Source: Anaerolineales bacterium (GTDB taxonomy: Bacteria; Chloroflexota; Anaerolineae; Anaerolineales; UBA11858). From it: a DNA stretch of 64,000 nt. The notes under the pieces were generated by a model that was not told the origin of the DNA, made no database searches, and saw nothing but the letters and a program-made list of their open reading frames with translations. Location of the stretch: positions 4,615 to 68,614 of the forward strand of contig JADHTJ010000007.1 of NCBI GenBank assembly GCA_016785015.1, read 5' to 3'. Position numbers and translations under genes: made by a program. Shown here piece after piece: positions 54,769 to 62,861 of this stretch; position 1 is the stretch's first letter; the number at the start of each line of letters is the position of its first letter.

Positions 54769-55895
54769 AGCATCAAAAGGCGAAAACCCCGCGTGAGTTA
54801 GGCTACACCATGCCTGCAGAATGGGAACCCCACGAGGGTACCTGGTTGATATGGCCGCATAGCGATACTCAAGAAGATTCACAATTCCAACTGGAGCATC
54901 TCTGGCTGGAGATGACGATGGTTCTGCATGAGCACGAAACTGTTCATATCATTGTTCCAGATGATCATCGCGAAGAACACCTGCATCATCAGTTAAGGTA
55001 TTACGGCTTGAAAGAGAGCAAAATTGATGTTCAGGTTATCCCCAATGATGATGTCTGGGTGCGAGATTGTGGCCCCGTTTTTTTGGTGAATGATCAAGGT
55101 GAGTTGGCTGTCACTGAATGGAATTTCAACGGTTGGGGGGAGAGATTTTCCTTCAAAAAGGACCGTTTAGTACCAGCAAGAGTTGCAGAGATAGTGTCGC
55201 TGCCTTTGTACTCGGCACCCATCATCCTGGAAGGAGGCGCGATTGAAGTCAATGGTCAAGGAACCCTGATTGCCACCCGCAGCTCGATTATCAATCCCAA
55301 TCGGAACCCCAGGTTTAGTCAGCAAGAGATAGAAGCTGCTATCAAAGATTATTTTGGCATTGAAAATATTATTTGGCTTTCGGGGGCATCACGGGAATTC
55401 TGTGATTTCGTTGGCAGTGATACAGATCTTCATGTGGATGGCTATGCCCGTTTCAGCGATGATTCCACAGTGCTGTATTCCTGGACAGACGATGAGGACA
55501 ATCATTTTTATCCGATTCTGAAACAACACCGGGATGAACTGAGAAATGCCCAGACTGAATCGGGGAAAAAATTGACATTGGTGTGCCTGCCGAAGCCTAA
55601 AAACGAGATGTACTCAACACTCACGTCTGCCACACGCCCGCCATTCGATAGTTTCCTGTCTTTGGGCACCTATGCAAATTTCTATATCGCTAACAATGTT
55701 GTGCTGGTTCCGGTATATGGCGATGTCAATGACGCTGTTGCAAAGAGTATCATCGCTGAACACTTCCCAACTCGAGAGATCATTGGCATTCCAGCTTGGC
55801 GTACAGCGGAACGAGGTGGCATGATGCATTGTGTAACTCAGCAGCAGCCTATGCCCTCACCCCAACCCCTCTCCCACGGTGAGAGGGGCTTATAA
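54765..55895 (+). CDS. aguA: Agmatine deiminase (PAD_porph family)
   Basis: GYTMPAEWEPHEGTWLIWPH, DVWVRDCGPVF, and catalytic Cys in GGMMHCVTQQQP. ATGA overlap with the upstream mttB-like gene. The last 13 aa are encoded by a hairpin repeat. Confidence 0.9.
   Translation: MKHQKAKTPRELGYTMPAEWEPHEGTWLIWPHSDTQEDSQFQLEHLWLEMTMVLHEHETVHIIVPDDHREEHLHHQLRYYGLKESKIDVQVIPNDDVWVRDCGPVFLVNDQGELAVTEWNFNGWGERFSFKKDRLVPARVAEIVSLPLYSAPIILEGGAIEVNGQGTLIATRSSIINPNRNPRFSQQEIEAAIKDYFGIENIIWLSGASREFCDFVGSDTDLHVDGYARFSDDSTVLYSWTDDEDNHFYPILKQHRDELRNAQTESGKKLTLVCLPKPKNEMYSTLTSATRPPFDSFLSLGTYANFYIANNVVLVPVYGDVNDAVAKSIIAEHFPTREIIGIPAWRTAERGGMMHCVTQQQPMPSPQPLSHGERGL
55866..55888. repeat. GC-rich hairpin repeat (CCCCTCTC-ccacggt-GAGAGGGG) forming the 3' end of aguA-1
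   Basis: Read directly. Same style as the C/G-run hairpins at 13426-13450 and 16741-16791. Confidence 0.55.
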
Positions 55896-55903
55896 AAGGC
55901 TCT

Positions 55904-56989
55904 ATGATAGCAAAGCATTTCAACCCTGCTGAATTCCGTATGCCCGCCGAATGGGAACCCCATGATGGCACCTGGCTGCAGTGGCCGCAGGACAAAGTTT
56001 ATGACGGCTATGAGTTGAAGCTGGAACGCATCTGGCTGCATATGGTCGACGCGCTCAACGATCACGAAAATGTACATATCATTGTCAACGGTGAGCGGCA
56101 GAGCGACCACATCGTGGATCAATTGGAATACTACAAAATTGGTTCGAAAAACGTGCACTTTTACGTCATTCCCACCAACGATGTTTGGGCACGCGATAAT
56201 GGGCCGATTTTTGTAATCAATGATGCTGGGCAGGTTGCTATCACCGACTGGGCTTTCAACGGTTGGGGCGATCGCTTCCCTTATGACTTGGATGATAAAG
56301 TTCCAGCGGCGATTGGCGAAGAGGTTGGAATTCCAGTCTTCAAGGTACCAATGGTTCTGGAAGGGGGTGCCGTTGGGGTCAATGGTAAAGGTACCTTCAT
56401 GGCCACAAAATCATCCATCATCGATACGTTTCGCAATCCGGGGAAGAGCCAGGCCGATATTGAAGGGGTTCTCAGTCAATACCTGGGTGTGACCCACTTC
56501 ATCTGGTTGACGGGTGCCGGACGGGATGAGTGCGGTTTATGGGGCGATGAAACCGACTCGCACATCGATATCGTCGCTCGCTTTTCTGATGAATCCACGG
56601 TGTTGTACAACTGGACGGATAATGAAAACGACCCCCGATATGGTATGCTGCGTAAATCTCTTCAGGAATTGAAGAACGCAACCACCGAGTCAGGTAAACC
56701 GATGACCCTGGTACCTTTACCTATGCCCGAGGTCTATCAAACTTCTGGGATGACGGACTGGCGCAGGAGTACCCTGACCGATGCGGCGTACAGCAATTAT
56801 CTGATTGCCAACGACATTGTCTTGGTACCTGTATATGGACATGCCCATGACAAGCGAGCATTAGCCATAATCGCCGAACATTTCCCTGGCAGAGAAGTTG
56901 TCGCTATTGAAGTGGTCGCCCTGATCGAGCATGGCGGCGCCATTGGGTGTGTCACCCAACCTCAACCTTTGGCTATGGTTGATGAATAG
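55904..56989 (+). CDS. aguA: Agmatine deiminase family protein, tandem paralog
   Basis: FRMPAEWEPHDGTWLQWPQ, DVWARDNGPIF, GGAIGCVTQPQP. Confidence 0.9.
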   Translation: MIAKHFNPAEFRMPAEWEPHDGTWLQWPQDKVYDGYELKLERIWLHMVDALNDHENVHIIVNGERQSDHIVDQLEYYKIGSKNVHFYVIPTNDVWARDNGPIFVINDAGQVAITDWAFNGWGDRFPYDLDDKVPAAIGEEVGIPVFKVPMVLEGGAVGVNGKGTFMATKSSIIDTFRNPGKSQADIEGVLSQYLGVTHFIWLTGAGRDECGLWGDETDSHIDIVARFSDESTVLYNWTDNENDPRYGMLRKSLQELKNATTESGKPMTLVPLPMPEVYQTSGMTDWRRSTLTDAAYSNYLIANDIVLVPVYGHAHDKRALAIIAEHFPGREVVAIEVVALIEHGGAIGCVTQPQPLAMVDE

Positions 56990-56998
56990 GAGCTTGCA

Positions 56999-57955
56999 GT
57001 GAGTAATATTGTCAACCTTGGTCTTATCCAGATGACCTGCTCCGATGATGTGCAGGCAAACTTCGAGAAAACGTTGGGCTATATTGAGCAGGCTGCCTCG
57101 GAAGGCGCTCAGATTATCTGTACCCAGGAGCTGTTCAAATCGCTTTACTTCTGCCAATCGGAAGATTTCGCTCATTATGATCTAGCGGAGGATGTTTCCC
57201 AAGATGGCTCAACAGTTCAAACGTTGAGTCAATTGGCAAAGGAATTACGAGTAGTGCTCATCGCCAGCCTGTTCGAAAAGCGAGCCCTGGGCCTTTACCA
57301 CAACACAACTGTGGTCATCGATGCCGATGGGGGCTACTTGGGTAAATATCGCAAGATGCATATCCCCGATGATCCGCATTATTATGAGAAGTTTTACTTC
57401 ACCCCCGGAGATTTGGGGTACAAAGTTTTTCATACCCAATACGCTGACATTGGTGTGTTGATCTGTTGGGATCAATGGTATCCCGAAGCGGCGCGCTTGC
57501 TGGGTTTGCAGGGGGCTGAAATCATCTTCATCCCTACTGCCATAGGTTACTCTATGCCAGAGGAAGGATCCACTTATGATCAGTCCTGGCAAATTGTCCA
57601 AAGGGGGCATGCGGTCGCCAATGCCTGCTACCTGGCTGCGGTCAACCGGGTGGGTTTTGAAGTGGACCCTTCGACTTCCCTCAGGGCAAGCCCTTCGATT
57701 GCACTGCCAGCATCTGATGACCATATGTCTGGCGTAGGACCCAATGGAGAGAGCGGCATCAATTTTTGGGGCCAGAGCTTCGTCGCTGACCCCGATGGGA
57801 GCATCGTGAAACAGGCTTCCAGAGATCGAGATGAGCTTGTCATTTGCCCCGTTGATTTAGCGCTGATTGAAGAAACCAAGAAACTGTATTCCTTCCCTTA
57901 TCGCGATCGACGAGTGGATAGCTATGGCGATCTGCTCAAGTTATATTCCGATTGA
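56999..57955 (+). CDS. aguB: N-carbamoylputrescine amidase (nitrilase/CN-hydrolase superfamily) with an internal insertion
   Basis: GTG start with an aggag RBS. Motifs LGLIQM, QELF (Glu), YRKMHIP (Lys), VLICWDQWYPE (Cys), AVNRVG...FWGQSF. Confidence 0.9.
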   Translation: MSNIVNLGLIQMTCSDDVQANFEKTLGYIEQAASEGAQIICTQELFKSLYFCQSEDFAHYDLAEDVSQDGSTVQTLSQLAKELRVVLIASLFEKRALGLYHNTTVVIDADGGYLGKYRKMHIPDDPHYYEKFYFTPGDLGYKVFHTQYADIGVLICWDQWYPEAARLLGLQGAEIIFIPTAIGYSMPEEGSTYDQSWQIVQRGHAVANACYLAAVNRVGFEVDPSTSLRASPSIALPASDDHMSGVGPNGESGINFWGQSFVADPDGSIVKQASRDRDELVICPVDLALIEETKKLYSFPYRDRRVDSYGDLLKLYSD

Positions 57956-57972
57956 ATTTGTATGGAGAAATA

Positions 57973-59421
57973 ATGGCCAACACAACACCTGCCATCGAAC
58001 CTATTGTTCCAGCCTATCGTATTCGTATCCTTAGCGATGATCAACTGGAAAAATTCAAAACGAACACCTTTGAAATTCTCCAAGAAGTTGGCATTCATTG
58101 CCCGTCGGAAAGGGCATTGAAGATATATGCAGAACATGGTGCCAATGTTGATTTCGAATCCAAAATTGTCAAAATGTCTCCGGACGTTGTCTTGGAAGCC
58201 CTCTCTCATGCACCTCGCTATTACACAATGGGAGGGCGTACAGAAGCTTTCGACCTGGATCTGTCAAAAGGCGTTACGTATGAAGCGACAGATGGAACCG
58301 GCACCACGACCATTGACTATGATACCGGTGAAAAGCGTTCATCGATCAAAGACGATGTGGCCAAGTCTGCCCGAATAGCAGATTATCTTTCATCGGTCAG
58401 CTTTTATTGGCCCATGGTCAGCGCGCAAGATCACCCAGCGACGCCTTCTCTTCACGAATTAGATGCCTCTTTCAATAATACGCTCAAGCACGTCCAAACC
58501 CCCACAGTTGTTGAGGAAGTAACAACGCGTTATGCAATCGAAATGGCCAAAGTCATCGCTGGGAATGAGGCCACAATGCGGGCGCGCCCGCCGCTCTCGC
58601 TGTTGATTTGCACGATTTCCCCATTAGCACAGGATGCTGAAAGCATGGATGCGGCCCTTGTCGCTGCAAAAGCAGGCATCCCGGTTGGCTTTATGGCCAT
58701 GCCCAACACCGGTTCCACATCGCCTGCTACCATCGAAGGCACAATTTCCGTAGGCGATGCGGAAATGGTATCGGCCATGGCGCTGATCCAGATGGCGTAT
58801 CCCGGCGCGCCAATCTATTATTCTTTCATGCCTGGGCTGACGCACCCACGCACTGGGGCCTATTTGGGCCACGAGGCTACCATATACGCTGTTGGCGTCG
58901 AGTTAGCGCATATGTGGGGCGTGCCCACGCTTGCGGGAACCTTTGGAGGGGGCGCAACATACCCAGGTTGGGAATCGACCATGGGGGGAGGCGTGGCATC
59001 CCTGCTATGCGCCTTATGTGGAGGAGAAACCGGTAGCGGTATGGGGCTGCTAAAAGGCAGCACGCTGCTTTATCCAGAAGGCCTGGTTTTGGATGCCGAG
59101 CTCTATCACAACGTACGGCACAATGCAGGCGGTGTAGATACCAGCTCAGATAAAATGGCGCTGGATGTGATCAAAGCAGTGGGGCAGAGAGGCCATTACC
59201 TGGGCCAGCGCCATACGCGTGATTTCATGCATAAATTTGATTTCTCGGATGTGGTTTATGTCCCCGAAAAGGATGGCGCTTACCGAGACCCCATTGAAGT
59301 GGCCAGGGAGAAAACCAATTGGATCCTGGAGAATCATCATCCTGAACCCCTCGAGCCTGAGAAAAAGGCTGAGTTGGATAAGATCCTTCAGAAAGCAGAT
59401 GCGGAGCTGGGAGGAAAATGA
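57973..59421 (+). CDS. MttB-superfamily (non-Pyl) substrate:corrinoid methyltransferase
   Basis: ATG 57973 aligns with the paralog N-termini. AEHGANVD, SARIADYLSSVSFYWPMVSAQD, GHYLGQRHTRDFM. Confidence 0.9.
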   Translation: MANTTPAIEPIVPAYRIRILSDDQLEKFKTNTFEILQEVGIHCPSERALKIYAEHGANVDFESKIVKMSPDVVLEALSHAPRYYTMGGRTEAFDLDLSKGVTYEATDGTGTTTIDYDTGEKRSSIKDDVAKSARIADYLSSVSFYWPMVSAQDHPATPSLHELDASFNNTLKHVQTPTVVEEVTTRYAIEMAKVIAGNEATMRARPPLSLLICTISPLAQDAESMDAALVAAKAGIPVGFMAMPNTGSTSPATIEGTISVGDAEMVSAMALIQMAYPGAPIYYSFMPGLTHPRTGAYLGHEATIYAVGVELAHMWGVPTLAGTFGGGATYPGWESTMGGGVASLLCALCGGETGSGMGLLKGSTLLYPEGLVLDAELYHNVRHNAGGVDTSSDKMALDVIKAVGQRGHYLGQRHTRDFMHKFDFSDVVYVPEKDGAYRDPIEVAREKTNWILENHHPEPLEPEKKAELDKILQKADAELGGK

Positions 59422-60857
59422 AAACTCAAATCCAGGTTCTTTCAGAGCAGGAAAAGCACCGGGTGCATGAATCCACCCTGAAAATTCTGGCCAATACTGG
59501 GGTCAGAGTTGAAACGGCGCTGGGTCGCAAGTACCTGGCTGATGCCGGCGCGCAGGTTGATGAATCTACCAGAATCGTCAAATTTCCGCGAGATTTCGTC
59601 GAAGAATGCCTCCAGCTCGCGCCTCGGGAGTACACCCTGGGTGCCCGCCGTCCTGGTTGGAATTTACAGATGAACACCGGTGAATGTGTGCTGATGATCG
59701 ATGGTTCGGCGCCTACAGTGTTGGATCATGGTCAGGTCGAATCGCGCCCCGGGCAATTTGATGATTGGCTCAACGCCACCAGGCTGACCGATGTCATGGA
59801 TGATTTTGGTGTTTATTGGGGGATGGTCGAGGCCAACGATAGCGGCGAAGGCATGGATGAGTTGGTCAATTATTGGCGGCATTTATTTAGCAATTTCTCC
59901 AAACACATTCAAGATGGCATCGAGGACAAAGATGCCGCGCCCTGGCTGCTGGAAGCGCTGCAGGTCGTCTTTGGCGATAAGGAAACCATTCGCCGCACGC
60001 ATCCTTATTCTTTCCTAATTTGCCCGCAATCACCGCTGACTATTGACGAAGTGTACACCGATGCCTATCTGGCATTGGTGGGCTATGACATCCCTGTGGC
60101 GATCATGCCCATGCCCTTGATGGGTGGCACCGCCCCGGGAAATATGATCTCCACCACCATTCAGGGCAACTGCGAAGTTATCTCCACCCTGTGCTTGCTC
60201 CAGGCCGCCGCCCCAATGACGCCCATCATCTACGCCCCCGCGCTGGCCACTATGGATCCCCGCACGGGATTATATGGCGCTGGCCGTATTGAGAATGGCA
60301 TCTTAAGCATGGCATGTGTGGAGATGGGTAAGTATTATGGTTTGCCAGTGGAAGGGTCTGGTGGGGGAACCGACCATTATATTCCCAGCATTCAAGCTGG
60401 ATATGAAAGAGCCATTTCGGCTGTGTTACCCATTTTATCCTGGCCGGATTTATTGGTGGGTGCCGGTTTGATGGGTGGTTCTATGGTTTTGAGCTTGGAG
60501 CAGTTAATCATTGATGTGGAAGTTTTTCGCATGAGCAAACACACCGCCAGGGGTATCGATTGCGCAGAAGAAGCCTGGCTGGACGACGTGATTGCGAACG
60601 TAGGCCCCGGCGGACATTACCTTGAGGAAGATTCAACCATCAAGGCCATGCGCGGGGGAGAGTATTATCACCCCCAAATTGGGCATCACGGCCCCTTCGA
60701 TTCCTGGCTGGATGGCGGGCAGCCTGATCTGTTAGAAGAAGCTCACCAGCGAGTTCAAACATTGTTAGCTGAACATAATCCCTTACCGCTTCCACCCGAT
60801 GTAGAAGCGGAGTTGATCCAACTGCAAGGACGGGCCGCAGAGTTAGCGGCAGCTTGA
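59418..60857 (+). CDS. MttB-superfamily methyltransferase, divergent paralog
   Basis: ATGA overlap with the upstream gene. VHESTLKILANTGVRV, ADAGAQVD, GGHYLEEDSTIKAMR. Confidence 0.8.
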   Translation: MKTQIQVLSEQEKHRVHESTLKILANTGVRVETALGRKYLADAGAQVDESTRIVKFPRDFVEECLQLAPREYTLGARRPGWNLQMNTGECVLMIDGSAPTVLDHGQVESRPGQFDDWLNATRLTDVMDDFGVYWGMVEANDSGEGMDELVNYWRHLFSNFSKHIQDGIEDKDAAPWLLEALQVVFGDKETIRRTHPYSFLICPQSPLTIDEVYTDAYLALVGYDIPVAIMPMPLMGGTAPGNMISTTIQGNCEVISTLCLLQAAAPMTPIIYAPALATMDPRTGLYGAGRIENGILSMACVEMGKYYGLPVEGSGGGTDHYIPSIQAGYERAISAVLPILSWPDLLVGAGLMGGSMVLSLEQLIIDVEVFRMSKHTARGIDCAEEAWLDDVIANVGPGGHYLEEDSTIKAMRGGEYYHPQIGHHGPFDSWLDGGQPDLLEEAHQRVQTLLAEHNPLPLPPDVEAELIQLQGRAAELAAA

Positions 60858-60869
60858 GGAGGAATCTCT

Positions 60870-62318
60870 ATGTACATCAATGGAGAATATACAACTGGTA
60901 AATCGACTGAACGCATCCCGATTATCAATCCGGCGACAGAAGAGATCTTGGAGGAAGTGCCGCGCGGTACGCCTGAAGATGCTGTCGCCGCAGTCGAAGC
61001 AGCGGGAGCAGCTTTCCAAATTTGGAAGCGGATGCCTGCCAACGAGCGTGCGGCTGCCTTGCATGAGGTGGCGACGAAAATCCGCGCCCACCATGATGAG
61101 ATCGTACGCCTGCTGACGCAAGAGGAAGGCAAGCCCATCCCTGAGCATGAGGAAGAGCTCTGGTGGGTGGAGGAGACATTCGATTATTATGCCGAATTAG
61201 CCCGCCACGAGCGCGGCCGGGTGATCCCTCCGGGAGAGACGGGCCAGTTTAACTTTGTGATCAAAGAGCCTTATGGCGTGGTGGCCTGCATTGTTCCCTG
61301 GAATTACCCGCTCTTGCTGCTGGCCTGGAAAATGGCCCCGGCACTGGCTGCTGGTAACACAATAGTGATTAAACCTTCCGAGCTGACACCGCTTGCCACA
61401 TTGAAGCTGGTCGAGGTGGCCTGCGACCACTTACCCCCTGGGGTTGTCAATGTGGTCACGGGCTTTGGTCCTGAGGTTGGCGAACCCTTAGTCACGCACC
61501 CTGATGTGCCGGTGATCGCCTTTACTGGCTCGCTGGCTGTGGGACAGAGAATTGCCTCGTTGACCGCGCCGATGATGAAGAAACTGCACCTGGAATTGGG
61601 CGGCAAAGACCCTATGGTCATCGCGCCCGATGTGGCCATGGATCAGGCGGTCAGCGGCTTGGCCTATTCGGCGCTGCTCAATACGGGGCAAGTCTGCACC
61701 AGCACAGAGCGGGTATATGTGCACGAGAGCATCATGCCCCAGTTCAGTGAAGAACTGGCCGATTTCGTCGGTAAATTGCGTTTGGGTAACGGCCTGGATG
61801 ATGACACAGATATCGGGCCGATGATCCGCGATAAGTTCCGCGTCAAGGTCGAGGAGCAGTTATCTGAGGCAGTTGCAGCGGGAGCAAAGACCCTCATTGG
61901 GGGGCAGCGACCACCCCAAATATCGAAAGGTTTCTTCCTGACTCCGGCTGTGGTGACTAACGTCGATCACAGTATGCGCTTGATGACCGAGGAGACCTTT
62001 GGGCCGGTCATCCCCCTGATGCCTTATAAAGATTTTGACGAGGCTATCCGTCTGGCGAATGACTGCAAATATGGTTTGGGCGCTTGCCTGATGACCTATG
62101 ATGCCCGGCTAGTCAAGCGTTTCTTCGAAGAGGTCAAAGCGGGCACCATCTGGATTAATGATCCCCTGACTGACAATTTTGCCGGACCCTTCGGTGGTAT
62201 GAAGATGAGCGGACTGGGACGAGAGCTTGGGCAGGAAGGCTTAGATGAATTCTACGAAGTTAAGCATGTTCATTGGGATATCGAAGGTGGCGTGAAAGAC
62301 TTCTGGTATCCGTATTAG
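60870..62318 (+). CDS. NAD(P)+-dependent aldehyde dehydrogenase (aminoaldehyde/betaine-aldehyde-type)
   Basis: RBS gaggagg. Motifs IVPWNYPLL, KPSELTPL, ELGGKDP and catalytic GQVCTSTER. Confidence 0.9.
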   Translation: MYINGEYTTGKSTERIPIINPATEEILEEVPRGTPEDAVAAVEAAGAAFQIWKRMPANERAAALHEVATKIRAHHDEIVRLLTQEEGKPIPEHEEELWWVEETFDYYAELARHERGRVIPPGETGQFNFVIKEPYGVVACIVPWNYPLLLLAWKMAPALAAGNTIVIKPSELTPLATLKLVEVACDHLPPGVVNVVTGFGPEVGEPLVTHPDVPVIAFTGSLAVGQRIASLTAPMMKKLHLELGGKDPMVIAPDVAMDQAVSGLAYSALLNTGQVCTSTERVYVHESIMPQFSEELADFVGKLRLGNGLDDDTDIGPMIRDKFRVKVEEQLSEAVAAGAKTLIGGQRPPQISKGFFLTPAVVTNVDHSMRLMTEETFGPVIPLMPYKDFDEAIRLANDCKYGLGACLMTYDARLVKRFFEEVKAGTIWINDPLTDNFAGPFGGMKMSGLGRELGQEGLDEFYEVKHVHWDIEGGVKDFWYPY

Positions 62319-62369
62319 CTTCAAGTCACAGAGTCACAAGTGGCAAGAGGCAAGTCACAAGTGGCAAGA
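62319..62369. repeat. Left inverted-repeat flank of the four-helix-bundle cassette (CAAGTCACAAGTGGCAAG iterations)
   Basis: Read directly. It is the reverse complement of motifs in 62784-62854. Confidence 0.55.
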
Positions 62370-62404
62370 TGTAGATGAAGTAGATTGGCTTCAAGGAGTT
62401 TTGA

Positions 62405-62788
62405 GTGGCGAGGGATTTTCGTAAAATCATTACCTGGCAGAAAGCTGATGATTTAGCCATGGATGTTTACAAATATTCTGCGCAATACTTTCCTGCCGAG
62501 GAAAAATTTGGATTGACATCTCAACTTCGCTCGGCACCTTTATCAGTTCCGGCTAATATCGCTGAAGGTTCTGTTAGAAATACGTTGAAGGATTTCTTGC
62601 GGTTCCTGTATTTCGCCCAGGGGTCACTTTCAGAAGTTGAATACTATTTGCACTTTGTAAAGCGGCTTGAATACATTGATCAAGATACCTACTCAAATTT
62701 GGAAGCACAGCGTGCAGAATTAGGCAGAACTCTAAACGGCTTCATCAATTCAATTAAAAACAAAGTCGCCAAAGGTGAAACAACTTGA
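62405..62788 (+). CDS. Four-helix-bundle protein (23S rRNA intervening-sequence protein / Avd-like, TIGR02436)
   Basis: ITWQKADDLAMDVYKYS..FP..EKFGLTSQLRSA..SVPANIAEG...FLYFAQGSLSEVEYYLHF is the classic family pattern. GTG start. Confidence 0.85.
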   Translation: MARDFRKIITWQKADDLAMDVYKYSAQYFPAEEKFGLTSQLRSAPLSVPANIAEGSVRNTLKDFLRFLYFAQGSLSEVEYYLHFVKRLEYIDQDTYSNLEAQRAELGRTLNGFINSIKNKVAKGETT

Positions 62789-62854
62789 GACTTGTGACTT
62801 GAGCCTTGAAACTTGAGACCTGAGACTTGCGACCTGAGACCTGAGACCTGAGAC
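62784..62854. repeat. Right inverted-repeat flank (CTTGAGACTTGTGACTTG..., GACCTGA iterations)
   Basis: Read directly. CTTGTGACTTG is the reverse complement of CAAGTCACAAG in the left flank. Overlaps the stop codon of the cassette gene. Confidence 0.55.
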
Positions 62855-62861
62855 ATGAACC

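Noticed and set aside
22502-60857. Possibility that the MttB-like genes are pyrrolysine (UAG-containing) trimethylamine methyltransferases, or that pyl genes are nearby.
   Set aside because: All eight ORFs are continuous at full length (463-488 aa) without an in-frame TAG. No pylS/pylBCD-like ORFs are in the window. They are non-Pyl family members.
62405-62788. Avd-like protein as a marker of a diversity-generating retroelement.
   Set aside because: No reverse transcriptase ORF and no template/variable repeat pair are visible in the surrounding sequence. The next gene is an FAD oxidase. The downstream sequence beyond 64000 is unseen, so this is not absolutely excluded.
62784-62854. Short tandem GACCTGA/CTTGAGA iterations, considered as a possible CRISPR or VNTR array.
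   Set aside because: The units are 7-9 nt with no spacers, are complementary to the left flank of the cassette, and no cas genes are present. They are part of the inverted-repeat flank, not a CRISPR array.
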